A DNA stretch of 64,000 nucleotides from Octopus vulgaris (Eukaryota), in the NCBI GenBank assembly GCA_951406725.2, contig OX597830.1, positions 73,408,001 through 73,472,000 on the forward strand, read 5' to 3'. The position numbers and the translations under genes were made by a program. The notes under the pieces were generated by a model. That model worked only from the letters and a program-made list of their open reading frames with translations, made no database searches and was not told where the DNA came from. Shown one piece after another: positions 1 through 14,902 of the stretch; within the stretch, counting starts at the first letter, position 1, and every line of letters starts with the position of its first letter.

Positions 1-152
1 AAAACAACTGACATTTGAAACACTTGCAAACAAGACATTGTTTTTGTGTTTTTTTTTTTTTATTTTGACGTTCCTCTCTTCCTCTCATCCTTCTGCGTTG
101 CACGAGCATCTGTCTGTATCTGTGTAAATTTGCTTCTGTGTAAGTGTCTGTG

Positions 153-219
<67 letters not shown>

Positions 220-230
220 TGTAATATACT

Positions 231-655
231 AAGACAGCAAGTTGGCAGAATCGTTAGTACGGCGGGCGAAATATATTTCGTCTGCCGTTACGTTCTGAGT
301 TCAAATTCCGCCGAGGCCGACTTTGCCTTTCATCCTTTCGGGCTCGATAAATCAAGTACCAGTTATGCACTGGGGTCGATGTAATTGACTTAATCCCTTT
401 GCCTATCCTTGTTTGTCCCTTCTATGTTTAACCCCTTGTGGGCAATAAAGAAATAAGAATCGTTAGTAACCCGGAGAACTGCTTTGCGGTATTTCGTCGC
501 TCTTTCCATTTTGAGTTCAAATTTCGCCGCGGTCGGTTTTGCCTTTCATCTTTTTATAAGTTGATGAAGTCAGTATCTATCAAGTATTGGGGCAGATGAA
601 ATCAAGTAGCTCCCTTTCCAGCAATTCCTGCCTTGTGCCTATAGTAGAAAGGATT
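231..655 (+). mobile_element. SINE family A, two tandem copies
   Basis: Shared core GTTCTGAGTTCAAATTCCGCCGAGGTCGACTTTGCCTTTCATCCTTTCGGGGTCGATAAA (B-box-like GTTCAAATTCC) found dozens of times in the window. Confidence 0.85.
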
Positions 656-656
656 A

Positions 657-870
657 CAATAATCTCTCGGCTATCGCGGGTGTTGCGTTTCCAAAAGCCA
701 CCGCGATAGGTGAAAATCCGCGAAGTAGAAACAGTACTATACTGTATACATTTTAAAAATTATTTTTATAATTAATTTGTATATATTTATTTTGTTATAA
801 ATACAAAAACAACACTACGAAGGATTCGATGTAAGCTTAAATAATAAACCGCGATAGATGAACCGCGATA
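657..870. mobile_element. Pogo/Tigger-type MITE fragment
   Basis: TA followed by CAATAATCTCTCGGCTATCGCGGG (Tigger-like terminus) and repeated CCGCGATAG/CCGCGAAG subterminal motifs at both ends. Right terminus missing. Confidence 0.55.
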
Positions 871-1844
871 AGAAGAAAGAATTTATGTCAAAGTAGACAG
901 AGCGCGGTGTTCTTGACACGCACACCCACAGCCTGAACATTTTGGGAATGTGCAAACCAGTAATTAAGATGTATCAAAGGTATATAACAAAATTTAAAAA
1001 TCCTAATGTTAGGTAACAAGACACCCAATCACAATCTCACGAAATGGTACTACCCTTCGAACGCTTATTTTCCGAAATTACTATACTTCAGCGACAGAGC
1101 AACCACTACGATCCGCGTGTCTCTGTGTACTCAGAGTGACAGCATATGCAGTCGGCAATTACAAAACATTCTTTCTAATAATAGCTACCGAAGAAACAGC
1201 TTTGCCCCTAACAGCGGCCAACGCATGTTGATGGACTATCCTCTCCACCTGAACGAAGCTTGTGTTGTCTATCAGATAGACCGTACTCCATGCAGCAAAT
1301 ATGTCACTGACCAAATAACAGAACGCCTTCACGCACGCCTCACGTCGGTCAAAAACGCAACTAGATAAATAATGGAGCCAGAATCTTTATAGATACTATC
1401 AAAAACACAGGCAGAAAAGGAAGACGCAGAAAGTACAAACCAGTTATCAATAACTAACAAGGGCTGGACGAATCCTAAACGAAGTTAATTAGCAACTCCT
1501 ACCGTCCTCTATGTAACGCAACACTTGTCCTTTATTTTTCTACGCTGCATTAACGTGAGGTTTACCGCCATATATATGAAAGCAGTTGACGGTGAATCTA
1601 GGTTCATACATTTGCTTTCTTCATGCTTTGAAAAGGAGTATTTTTACCCGAAATATTATGTTATTTAATGATTAAGGCAAGATTTTTAATATTTGCATTA
1701 ATGATTTAACATTTCTCAACTGTACAGCTTTAGCTTTCTAAAATATATATCATACATCCACAAGACTAACTGTTGAATATTGACATGTTGGGTCTAGCAA
1801 TGAAACTATTATCTCGATAGAAACCATTCCACAAGTTATTTTTA

Positions 1845-2065
1845 TTTGTCTCATTCATTCGACTGCAGCCTTGCTTGGGCATCGTCTTGAGGAGTTTTTG
1901 TTGGACAAATCACCCTAATATTTTAATTTGTTTTTGAAATCTGTTACTTATTAAATCGGTCTTTTATGCCGAATCACCAAAATTATGTGATGTAAATGAA
2001 CAAGCACCGGTTGTTAAACGCTAAGCGCAATGACTTTCTCTCTCTCTCTCTCTCTCTCTCTCTTG

Positions 2066-2103
<38 letters not shown>

Positions 2104-2290
2104 AACATAGGAGCTTCTTTCAGTTTTCGTCAACCAAATCCTTTCAGTTTCCGTGTACCAAACCCTCTCTTTCGGTATCCTCTCACAAACCTTTGGTCGG
2201 CCAGGGGCTATAGGATACGGTGCCATGCATTGGAACTGAGCCCGAAATTATGTGTGTAGGAAGCAAGCTTCTTACAATAGAGCCTTGCCT
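1845..2290 (-). mobile_element. SINE family B, degraded
   Basis: Diverged match to the family B tail and head around (CT)n(CA)n. Confidence 0.7.
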
Positions 2291-2803
2291 ACCCTTATTA
2301 TAGAAGAAATGTTAATAATAAGACCACAAATATAAACAGAGACAAGGCTGTTCCTCATTTTTACTTTAACCCTTAGATTATCATCATAAATAACTCCTGA
2401 AAAATAGAAAAAGAAAAGAATGAATTTGAATGAATAGTTATCATTATTATTATTATTTTTTCGTTGACAGAATCACAGACTGAAATATATAACTTTTGGT
2501 AAATAGGTTGACTTTAAAGGAAAAGATTTAGTCTATAAAGCTAATTTAATGATATCAATCTCGGTAACTTTACAAAGAAGCTTATTCTTAAATCATCTTT
2601 CACCAGCTCATCAGCAACAAGAGGCTGCATCCTAGATGTAGTTTTGCAGCTTAGATGACCTATCGATAGCCATTTATCTATGAAACGCAAGTAACACCAC
2701 ACGTTGTATAACTTAAGTGCCATCAGTAGTTGTACATCTAACGGCCAGGCGTATTCAATTTTCTATGATAGTTACAGAATATCCTTCTCTAAGCTGCAGA
2801 ATA

Positions 2804-2838
<35 letters not shown>

Positions 2839-2948
2839 CGACGACGACGACGAGGAGGAGGAGGAGGAGGACGAAGGTGACGATGATGACTACGACGACG
2901 ACGACGACGATGATGATGAAGATGATGATAATGATGATGATGATGATG
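2804..2948. repeat. Compound (GAT/GAC/GAG)n microsatellite
   Basis: Direct reading. Confidence 0.95.
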
Positions 2949-3042
2949 GATTCTTTCGTCGAAGACGACGTATGAGCGTTCAGCTTTTTGTCGAAACGCC
3001 TGCACAAATGATTTGTGATCAAAATGTACGTGCCGCATAATT

Positions 3043-3098
<56 letters not shown>

Positions 3099-3265
3099 GA
3101 CGTTGCCTAAACAGGTGCACTATGTATCACTGGTCAGGTGTGTCGAAGTGATTGCAGAGGAACGTGAGATCAAGTGTTTTTACTCAAGAACACCATGCAC
3201 AACCCGGCCTAGGAATTGAAACCACGATCTCGAGATCGTATGTGCAACATCCTAACCATAGGACC

Positions 3266-3318
<53 letters not shown>

Positions 3319-3553
3319 AGTACTTGCTTTTAAATCTGGTGCTTATTCTTTCGGTTCCTTTTGCCGAACCGGTATTTTATGGGAACGTAAACGAACCAAT
3401 ATCGGTTTTCAAGCGCTGGTAGGGTCAGACGCAAACAAGCATATGATCGCGCGCACACACAGACACACGCACATACACATACACACACTCACTCACTCAC
3501 ACATGCACACACTCAGGCATACATTTACACTTATGTATGTTTGTATGCATGTA

Positions 3554-3670
3554 AGGCGGCGAGCTGGCAGAGACGTTTGCACGCCGGGCGAAGTGCTTCG
3601 CGGTATTTCGCCCGTCGCTACGTTCTGAGTTCAAATTCCGCCGAGGTCGACTTTGCTTTTCATCCTTTAT
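3554..3670 (+). mobile_element. SINE family A, 3'-truncated
   Basis: GGCGGCGAGCTGGCAGA...GCTTTTCATCCTTT head and core. Confidence 0.85.
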
Positions 3671-4543
3671 ATGAATACGTGCACTCAATCACGCATTGTT
3701 TTTTGTTTTTGTTTTTGCAAGATTAATTCTCAAAATTAAGCATTTTAGGAAGAAATTTTTATGGATCTTCTATTTCTGTTTTGATTTCTTTAAGTTTTTT
3801 TCTTTTTCATGGAACGTCTTCGTTACCATAGTTTTAGTCATATTTTTACCATTATTATTTTCATAAAGATTGCAATTAAAGATTCATTTTACGGCAAATT
3901 GAAGATGATTACAAGAATAATATGATTCTCAGGTGTATATTTATATATTGCCGGCAGGCTTAAAAAATATTACCGCTGCAGTGTATAGCTTTTCTGTTCG
4001 TGGTTTCGCATATTGATATTTTTATATAAATAATTTTATATCTTGTAAAAGATTGTTTATTTCACTCTCATTACTTTTCCATCTTGGAATGTTTTTATGG
4101 CTCTTTGAGTAGAGTACGTGTGTGAGTGTATGTATGCTGTGGTTCTGTGTGTGTATAGCAGTTTCTGTGCGCGCATGTTTGTTTGTGTTATACACACACA
4201 CATGTAATGATATATGTATCTCTCTTACTCGCTCACTCATTGTATAAATATATGTCTGCATGTGTGTATGTATATATGTATGTATGTTTGTATGTATAAA
4301 TAGATCAGGGAGAGAAAGTGGAATTCACAAGATTCATTATTTATTGTAGAAGATTGGAATAAAGAATCTCGTGAATTTCATATTCTATATCTGATATATT
4401 TATATACTCTCCGAAGGTACAAAGTATTTCTTAAAGTAAATCCAGTGGTATATGAATCACTACTGATGTTGACATCAGATAGCCAATAACAATGAACGTG
4501 CTTTAGACAGCATACTACAAGATTTATACCCGAATATAAGTTC

Positions 4544-4602
<59 letters not shown>

Positions 4603-5295
4603 ATACACACACATCATATGTGTGTGTACTTGGCGATTGCCTAGCAGAATCATAATAGCGTCACATAGAATAATTTGGCTACGCTTCCTTTCTCTCTCTC
4701 CCTCCCTTTCTCACTCTCTCTCTCTCTCTCTCTCTCTCTCACTTTCTCTCTTTTCTCTCTCTACTCTCTCTCCTACTTCCCCACCTATCTACCTCTGTTG
4801 CTATCTCTCTGTATGTATGTATGTATGTATGTATGCCTTTAGGTTCATCATATACACAACTGTTTGCTTGAAATTGTCTGGCATTTATAACTAACATTGT
4901 TGTAACTAAGGTCTGAACTACTTTCTATACTGTGTCTGTTATTACAGTTAATCCCACATCGGCCCTAATCCGACAAATATTATCAAAGTGCTTTCAGGTC
5001 AATTCTAACTTTTCGAATAAAATTAGAGAAATAACTATTTCTAACTTCATTCTCCTGAACGTGCGTATTATAAGTTTTATATTTCGCTTGTGCGTAATTT
5101 GATGAAGAATTAGCTGCTGCGTAGAGAACGTCTAGCATTCATATATTAATAGAAGCTTCTTCCTTTGGATAGCACTACACTCAAACACACACACGCGCAA
5201 CCCCAAAACCACTCCGACACATCATACATGCGTTCAGGTACAAGTATACGCATATATATATCTATACATATATATGTATCTATATATATGTGCAT

Positions 5296-5332
<37 letters not shown>

Positions 5333-5335
5333 ATG

Positions 5336-5709
5336 GGCGTAGGAGCGGCTGTGAGGCAAGTAGCTTGCTTACGAACCACATGGTTCCGGGTTCAGTCTTC
5401 TACTATAGCCTCGGGCCGACCAAAACCTTGTAAGTGGATTTGGTAGACGGAAACTGAAAGAAGCCCGTTGTATATGTGTGTATATATATATATGTGTATG
5501 TGTGTGTTTGCCTCCCCCCCCCCCACCAACATAAATTGACAACCGATGCTGGTGTGCTTACGTCCCTGTAACTTAAATGTTCGGCAAAAGAAACCGATAG
5601 AATAAGTACTAGGCCTACAAAGAGTAAGTCATGGGGTAGATTTGCTCGACTAAAGCGGTGCTCCAGCATGGCCACAGTCAAATGACTGAAACAAGTAAAA
5701 GAGTAAAAG
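5336..5709 (+). mobile_element. SINE family B (tRNA-like head, internal microsatellite)
   Basis: GGCGTAGGAGCGGCTGTG...GGTTCAGTC...GGAAACTGAAAGAAGCCCG-(TA/TG)n-GACAACCGATGCTGGTG...GACTGAAACAAGTAAAAGAG. Confidence 0.88.
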
Positions 5710-6112
5710 TGTGTATATATATATATATGCTGACATGCGTAGAAAGATGGCTGATAATCACTTTTAATATAAATTTTGGAAACGTACATGGAAGCTCAGT
5801 ATGTAACGAAATCTAACGGACGTTGGCACCTTGTTAGTTCGTCCAGGATCCATCGTACAAATTCTTGTGCTAACACCTAATATAAAGAGGTCAAATTGCC
5901 GTGCAATTATTGGTAAAATTACTGGTCCAACATCACACGCTCTCTCACTCTCTCTCTCGTTCTCGATCACGTTCTCTCTCTCTCTCTCTCTCACTCTCTC
6001 TCTCTTTCTCTCTCTCTGTCTCTCTCTCTCCCACCCCGTTCCTCTCTCTGCATGTATAAGGCTCTCTATTCGAGGCACAAGGCTTCAATATCAACAACAG
6101 CAACAACGATAA

Positions 6113-6330
6113 TAATGGTTTCAAATTTTGCCACAAGGGCAGCAGTTTTGTGGGAGGGGATGAGTCGATTATATTGACCCCAGTGTACAACTGGTACTTA
6201 CTTTATCGACCGCGAGAGGATGAAAGGCAAAGTCGGTCTCGGCGGAATTTGAACTCCGAACATGAAGGCAGACGAATTATCGCTAAGCATTCAACCCTGT
6301 AGCATTGCGTTAATGATTCTACCCGTTTAT
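6113..6330 (-). mobile_element. SINE family A (short-tail variant)
   Basis: Reverse complement of the family A core, between (AAC/AAT)n repeats. Confidence 0.8.
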
Positions 6331-6341
6331 AATAATAATAA

Positions 6342-6415
<74 letters not shown>

Positions 6416-6664
6416 GTATAATATACTAAATTTCTAACTGACCACTCGACTAACCAACCTTCGAACTGACCAACCAACGAACCAACCGAACAGCCAGCTG
6501 ACCAGCCTTGATGTGATTATAACAGCTTCGCGATTCATACAAATTACATTTTGCTCTCATGCGTTTACCTAACTCACCGTATAAATTTTTAATACTAAAA
6601 CTTACGGTCCTCTAGGGAGACTCGTTCGTGTGTATATATAGCGTATGGGGTGTGTGTATGCATG

Positions 6665-6887
6665 CACACCTATATGTATGTATGTATGTATGTATGTATG
6701 GGTGTAAGTATCTATTTCTCTCTCTCTCTCTCTCTCTGTATATATATATATGTATGTATATATATATATATATATATATACATATATGCATGTATATATA
6801 TACATATATATATATATACATATATATACATATATATACATATATATACATATATATATATATATGCATGTAATGTATGTATGTATG

Positions 6888-6924
<37 letters not shown>

Positions 6925-6991
6925 TTATATACATATATATATATGTGTGTGTGTGTGTGTGTATGTATATATATATATATATATATATGTA

Positions 6992-7055
<64 letters not shown>
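6665..7055. repeat. Compound (TA)/(TATG)/(TC)/(TG) microsatellite
   Basis: Direct reading. Confidence 0.95.
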
Positions 7056-7674
7056 GACACGTGTATACATGTGTGTTCGCAAATGCTTTCCATACACTTA
7101 TCTATCTATTTGTGTATTTCTGTATCGCTGTAAATGCATATAGTAAGCAAAGTGTGTGTGTGTGTCTGTGTTTGAATGTGTATATTTTGCTTGCTCCTTC
7201 TGGCTTACGTATGATAAATGGACATGAAATCAAGCGAGTGGAAATTACGGTGAATGGAATAAGAACATCGGCTTTGCAAAATAACTGGAATTATTTTGGT
7301 TTTCTCGAGTCTTTGCACACTTAACCGTTGAATAACTTGACTAAGCAACCCTGCGAGTTTCACCTTGATGCTAAATCTTAAATTTATCAAGTTCAATTAT
7401 AGCAAATATATGAAATGGTTCACGCTAGGTCTTTTCCTTTTCGCTCTGTTGTCTGAAGATTATCCGTTGTTTTATGTGGTTTTATATTTCAATTTTGTTC
7501 TTTTTTTTACTCCCTTATATATAGATATTTAGGTTCAGGTTCTTTGTGAATGAATGAAGCTCTCGGCAAATTATTTGAGAAATAATTTCATTAGCTTGTC
7601 AGTAGTAAATATGTGTGTGTGTATGTATGTGTGTGTGTGTGTGTGTATTCATGTATATGTATATATGTCACCAT

Positions 7675-7981
7675 CACCATCACGTGACCGACCAGACCAT
7701 CAGATGTTGTTACACATCGCTGGTCACAATGCGTTCGCATTGTTTTAGCCTTCGAATGACGCCACCTCGCTGGCTAAGCGAGCAGGCCAACAGAAGAAAG
7801 AGTGGGAGAAAGTTGTGGTGAAAGAGTACAACAGGGATCACCACCACCCCCTGCCGGAGCCTCGTGGAGCTTTTAGGTGTTTTCGCTCAATAAACTCTCA
7901 CAACGCCCGGTCTGGGAATCGAAACCGCGATCCTACGACCGCGAGTCCGCTGCCCTAACCACTAGACCATTGCGCCTCCAC
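7675..7981 (-). mobile_element. SINE family C, tail type 3
   Basis: tRNA-like head GGAGGCGCAATGGTCTAGTGGTTAGGG...GGTTTCGATTCCC. The tail also occurs alone at 36093-36201, 36770-36890 and 53728-53820. Confidence 0.88.
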
Positions 7982-8244
7982 ATGTATATGTATATATGTA
8001 TGATTCCAAATTATGATAGGGATCTAGAATCTAGGTGGGTACCACAGTCGCATGTACCGTTATTAATGCTGGCTAAACCTTGAAGAAGTGGTGACTAACA
8101 ATAAGTGCACATAAAGATGCAGATTTTGCAGTGTGCATTAGTTAATTGCTGGAGAAAAATTTGCAGTTGCAGTAACGAAAAGAAGTAATTGACTGCTGAA
8201 TAAAACTGGATATGAATCCCTGTTTTATCCCTTATTATATCCTT

Positions 8245-8904
<660 letters not shown>

Positions 8905-9970
8905 TTTTTCTTTCACCCAAAAGGTCCCTCATGCTGTTTTAGTCTCAATGAGTACCTAGATCGATTTTCAGAATATTGATTCATAACATAGGCAAAAGTT
9001 TTTAAGATCCAGGTGCTAGAGGTTAGTTATTTATATTGATACTATTGCTAACCTGGTACTTTATATTATTGACATCTAGGGGGTGGGAGAAAAAAAAGAA
9101 AAACAAAAATACAGAAACTCACTTTCGGCAAGGTTTGGACTTAAACCTCAAATGAGACACACCTATACACCGTAACCTGTTAACGGTTTAGCTGGCACGC
9201 AACTGGTTTTTCCCAAACTACCTACATTAAATAGACCACTCATTTGTATGCAACAAAATAACGTGAAAAACATAAAGATGTCGATGGTGATGATAACCAT
9301 GTCAATTCTAGTAGAGATGAAAGTGGTGATGATAGCGTCGAAGTTCATGATGATGATGATGATGATGATGATTCTGGTGGTGGTTATTATCGTTATTATG
9401 TGTGAGAACAGCGCATGCCATCAAAGTGACACTGGGGTACAAATATACGAAACCCAATATCCCAATTATAACTACCCGTCTGATAACGGTACACCTGGCG
9501 CATGCATCACAAGCATATGTGCGTGACATGGTGATTACATATCAAAATAAACAGCGCATGACCTTGCAGGTGGGGCCCAGTTAGAATTTTCTTCAGGTCG
9601 AGTAGCCCATCCCACTTAAAAGGTCCCTGAATAAGCGTTGTTTAAGGTTGCTGAACGAAATACTCATGTTTCCAGAGGTGAATTATTCAAACCACAAAGA
9701 ATTCCTCTCAACAAATGGCTATGATACTCCCCCACTACTTCTGCTCGTAATCAGAGATGTACAGATTGTCAGCTACCAAGGGACATGCCCAACTAGTTAA
9801 GGTCAAACACCTGACAATCAAATCTGTGGTATTGAGCAGAATTTTTGCTGTAGGCCATCATTTGCACCAGGACAAAACATGTACATGATAACACTTCCAA
9901 TCAGTTAAGATCAAAGGTCATGAGAGCCAGTGTCTGGTATTGCATCGGGGTATTATTATTTTTTAGTAGT

Positions 9971-10850
9971 AAGGTGGCAAACTTGAAGAATCGTTAGCAT
10001 GTCGGGCGAAATGCTTTGCGGTATTTCACTCTTCGTTACATTTTGAGTTCAAATTCCGCTGAGGTAAGCTTTGCCTTTCATCCTTTCGGGCTCGACAAAT
10101 TAAGTAGCAGTGAAACACTGGGGTCGATGTAATCGACTAGTCCCCTCCACACAAATTTCAGGACTTGTGCCTATAGTAGACAGGATTATTAATAGTAGTA
10201 GTAGTAGTAGTAGTAGTATTATTTTTAGTAGTAAGGTGGCAAACTTGCAGAATCGTTAGCATGCCGGGCGAAATGCTTTGCGGTATTTCACTCTTCAAAT
10301 TCCGCTGAGGTAAGCTTTGCCTTTCGTCCTTTCGGGTTCAACAAATTAAGTACCAGTGAAACATTGGGGTCGATGTAATCGACTAGTCCCCTCCACCCAA
10401 AAATCAGGCCCTTTGCCTATGGTAGACAGGATTATTATTATTATTAGTAGTAAGGCAGCGAGCTTGCAGAATCGTTAGCACGCCGGGCGAAATGCTTAAC
10501 GGTATTTCATCTGCCGTTACGTTCTGAGTTCAAATTCCGCCGAAGTCGACTTTGCCTTTCATCCTTTCGGGGTCGATTAAATAAGTACCAGTTACGCACT
10601 GCGGTCGATATAATAGACTTAATCCGTTTGTCTGTCCTTGTTTGTCGCTTCTGTGTTTAGGCCCTTATGGGCAATAAAGAAATAGGTATTTCGTCTGCTG
10701 CTACGTTCTGAGTTGAAATTCCGTCGAGGTCGACTTTGCTTTTCCTCTTTTCAGGGTCGATAAATTAAGTACGAATGAAACAATGAAGTTGTTGTAATTG
10801 ACTTATCCCGTCCCCCAAAATAGCTGTCTTTGTGGCAAAATCTGAAACTA
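9971..10850 (+). mobile_element. SINE family A, four head-to-tail copies
   Basis: Copies at about 9971, 10233, 10452 and 10685. The first two are near-identical including the TATTATTTTTAGTAGTAAGGTGGCAAACTTG flank (local duplication). Confidence 0.9.
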
Positions 10851-10865
10851 TTATTATTATTATCA

Positions 10866-10967
<102 letters not shown>

Positions 10968-11375
10968 TGACGGGTTTGGGAGGTGGTAGTGATGGGGAAG
11001 ATGATGACGATCGTGGTGATGATCATGGGTATAACCCTTGTCTCTGTGGGAGAATAACTGAGTGACGAAGATGAGCCTTGGTGGATATTTGAAACTCGGA
11101 TCAGCATGGTTTCCGAAAAGATAATATATGAGTCTATCACCTGTCACTGCTTTTGTCTCTGACTTCCTGATTCTCCTTCCTCCTCTTGCTCCTCCTCCTT
11201 CTCTATCCTTTTTCTTATTCACCCCCCCCCACACACACACACACATGGAGTGTGTATATGTGTGTGTGTGTAAATATACACGCCATAAAGCATATTTTTA
11301 TACGAATACACACAAACAAGCACACGTGTGTCTGTATACTTTTCTTGATGGTAGTTGGTAAAATACGTTGTATAT

Positions 11376-11409
<34 letters not shown>

Positions 11410-11903
11410 AGCGTTTGTGTGTATGAGTGTGTGTGTGTGTGTGTATCTAAGTAGGTATAAAACACAAGAAAATATCTTCTGTTACAGTTACAATATATAA
11501 GTCAAATGCATAGCCTCCATTATTTGAAACAAGATAGCTTAGCTTACTCTTTCTACTATTTATTAGTCTTTTTTGTTGGGTTTTCTTGTTGCTTTATTGC
11601 TTTCTTTATGTTTGTTATCTGCAAACACCCTTAAGGGTAACATAGTCGGGGGCGGGTCTTCGTGCTTCAATTACAGATATATTTTTCGTAATAAAATACG
11701 CATATACATCCACATACGCACGCACACAATATATGTATGTATGCTTATGTATGTATGTATGTTTGCATATATGTATATACATATACACGTTTTTATTGAG
11801 GTTTTTTCTATGTCTTCTAGCCAAGGGGTTAAGTCAGAGCCAATGATCTGTAGCAGAGCTGTCCTAGGCTTATAATGGGGTGGGCGGAGGGAAGAAAGTA
11901 TAT

Positions 11904-12135
11904 ATTTCTTTACTGCCCACAAGGGGTTAAACATAGAGGAGACAAATAAGGGCAGACAAAGGGATTAAGTCGATTACATCGACCCCAGTGCGTAACTAGT
12001 ACTTATTTAATCGATCCCGAAAGGATGAAAGGCAAAGTCGACCTCGGCGGAATTTGAACTCAGAACGTAACGGCAGACGAAATACGGCTACGCATTTCGT
12101 CCGGCGTGCTAACGGTTCTGCCAGCTCCCCGCCTT
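11904..12135 (-). mobile_element. SINE family A, full length with TSD
   Basis: 17-bp TSD GAGGGAAGAAAGTATAT at 11887-11903 and 12136-12152. Confidence 0.92.
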
Positions 12136-12589
12136 GAGGGAAGAAAGTATATTCAAACGGAATGCTGGCTACGGAGTGAACTCCACTAAAGGAAACCAAG
12201 TTACTCGTTGATGGTGTGGAATAGGAAGACAGATTAAGTCTAACCAAGAGATTTGAACTTACGAGCAAAGAGCCAAAAGAAATACTGCAAGGCACTCTCC
12301 GCTTTTGATTTACCATAGTTTTATCGTCCTCGTAAATGTGAAAGGCCAAGTTGACATCGGTGGCATTTGAACTCACGGTGCAGAAATTAGGGACAAAAGC
12401 GTTGACCAAAACTCATATAAGCTAAACAAATATTTACTAATGGTGTAACTCTATACATTTAATAGAGTATAAGTTATTGATAATAATGATTTCACTGAAA
12501 TGATAGGTTTCATTATTTAACGGCTTATTCAAATGGCTGGACAAGCTATTAGAACCGAAATTTGAAGGCCCGGACAAATCAATATTATC

Positions 12590-12642
<53 letters not shown>

Positions 12643-12722
12643 CTGCGTGTGAATTTTTTTGCGGCTATAACTCTGTTAGAAAACCTGCAAGTCTAAGGTA
12701 GCTTGATGTATGGGTGCTACAT

Positions 12723-12728
<6 letters not shown>

Positions 12729-12786
<58 letters not shown>

Positions 12787-12799
12787 TAGTAGTAGTAGC

Positions 12800-12831
<32 letters not shown>

Positions 12832-12833
12832 CT

Positions 12834-12866
<33 letters not shown>
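12729..12866. repeat. (AGT)n/(AGC)n microsatellite
   Basis: Direct reading. Confidence 0.95.
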
Positions 12867-12869
<3 letters not shown>

Positions 12870-13588
12870 TTGGTGTTGGTGGTATTGTCGTGATGGTGGT
12901 GGTAGTATTAGTAGTAGCGGTGTTGGTACTAGTAGTAGCAGCAGTAATAGTGATGGTGTTGGTAGTATGGTGGTGCTTGTGAGTAGTAGTAGCAGCAGCA
13001 GCACTGGTTGTTATTCTTGTTATTGCTGCGGTGGGTCTCGTGGTGGTTGTGTATTTCTGGTCGGTCCTCATCCTGTGATGAGAGGTGTTCTAACTGCGAC
13101 AACTTAGTCTCAATGTCAGAAACAATATGCCCACGGTTACTTCTGTTGGTTTACCGAAAAGGCTGAGGCTCGTTTGAAAATATGCAAACTTGAGCATCAT
13201 TGCTATGATATATGTAGTTGTTTATCTCTCTAGAACTAAATTGTGTTCACTGTTAATCCAATTTCGGCCATTTCCCCTGTATCGAAGGAAACACGTTGTC
13301 CAGTTTACCGCAATTTACGAGATTAGTGTGTGATTTGACGGAGATTTGGTTGTTGACTATAAAGTGGTGATCTTAATTCTCCCACGTTCAGCCTATTTTT
13401 TTCATTTTTATACATACGTGCGTGTGTATGTGTGTGTGTGTGTGTATGTGCGTGTGTTTGCGTGTTTGTTTTGCGAAGGGCGAGTGGAGTGGAGCTTCAC
13501 AAAGAATTTTAAGCTACTCTTAGTAAAGAGTGAAGCCGTTGCTAAATTTTCGGTTGTTATTCGTGGTCTTATTTTAATACGAGAGATG

Positions 13589-13839
<251 letters not shown>

Positions 13840-14239
13840 CCACATTTTAATATTCGCTTATGTATGTATAACAGTCGTACAATTCTAAAATATCTAAATT
13901 AAAGAAATAAACATTAAATTGTATTCGGTTTCACTTCAATTGTATTGTTTCGCCTTGGGAGAATAACATTTGATGAAAACAAAGAATGTTTTCTCATAAA
14001 TTACTAATTCTCAACCTGATCTTTGTTATTTTAAAATAAACTATCGCGTACATATATATAAATACTTAGGTGTGCGTTTGAGTGGTATGTATACATATAT
14101 ATAAATGATATGTGTATGTATACATATATATATCTTTGTGAGTTTGTGTCTGTACCAAATGAAGTGATCATGTTGCAAACTGGTATTAGGAATGTCAAGA
14201 AATCCTGGTTAAGGGTCTGGTTTAATGAACTAGTAATTA

Positions 14240-14902
14240 GTGGTTTCAAATTTTGACACAAGGCGACCAATTTTGACACAAGGCCCGAAATTTTTGTGGG
14301 GAGAGGTAGTCGATTAGATCAACCCCAGTACGCAACTGGTACTTAATTTATCGCCCTGGAAAGGATGAAATGTAAAGTCGACCCCGGGTGAATTTGAACT
14401 CAGAACGTGAAGATGGGCGAAAGACAACTAAGCATTTTACCCGGCATGCTAACGGTTCTGCCAGATCACCGCCTTAATTGAAACTTTTATCATTTTGCCA
14501 TGAGATATCGACGGTTTACATAACATATTTTCTCCTTAATCTCAGCGAGCCTATTAAGTCTCTTAAGGGCGTTTGACTAGACTCGTTTGTACTCCGGACA
14601 AAATACCCTTATGATATTTGATTCAGTTCTTTAAGTTCTGAGTTCATTTCGTACTTATCTCAGGTTAGCCCTACCCCTTAATACCTATTTCTTTACTACC
14701 CACAAGGGGACAAAGAAGGACAAACAAACGGATTAAGTCGATTACATCGACCCCAGTGCGTAACTGGTACTTAATTTATCGACCCCGAAAGGATGAAAGG
14801 CAAAGTCGACCTCGGCGGAATTTGAACTCAGAACGTAACGGCAGACGAAATATGGCTACGCATTTCGTCCGGCGTGCTAATGTTTCTGCCAGCTCGCCAC
14901 CT
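14240..14902 (-). mobile_element. SINE family A, two copies (about 14240-14475 and 14685-14902)
   Basis: Reverse-complement matches to the family A consensus. Confidence 0.85.

Noticed and set aside
871-1560. 120-aa ORF at 1006-1368, possible LINE remnant
   Set aside because: No recognisable domain motif. It may be decayed retroelement sequence, but I cannot support a call.
6602-7324. Long YI/HT/CV/ER-repeat ORFs here and throughout the track
   Set aside because: Translations of (TA)n, (CA)n, (GA)n and trinucleotide repeats, with no coding signal.
9971-10850. Regularly recurring repeats suggestive of a CRISPR-like array
   Set aside because: They are ~220-bp SINE copies in eukaryotic DNA, with no short repeat/unique spacer structure and no cas genes.
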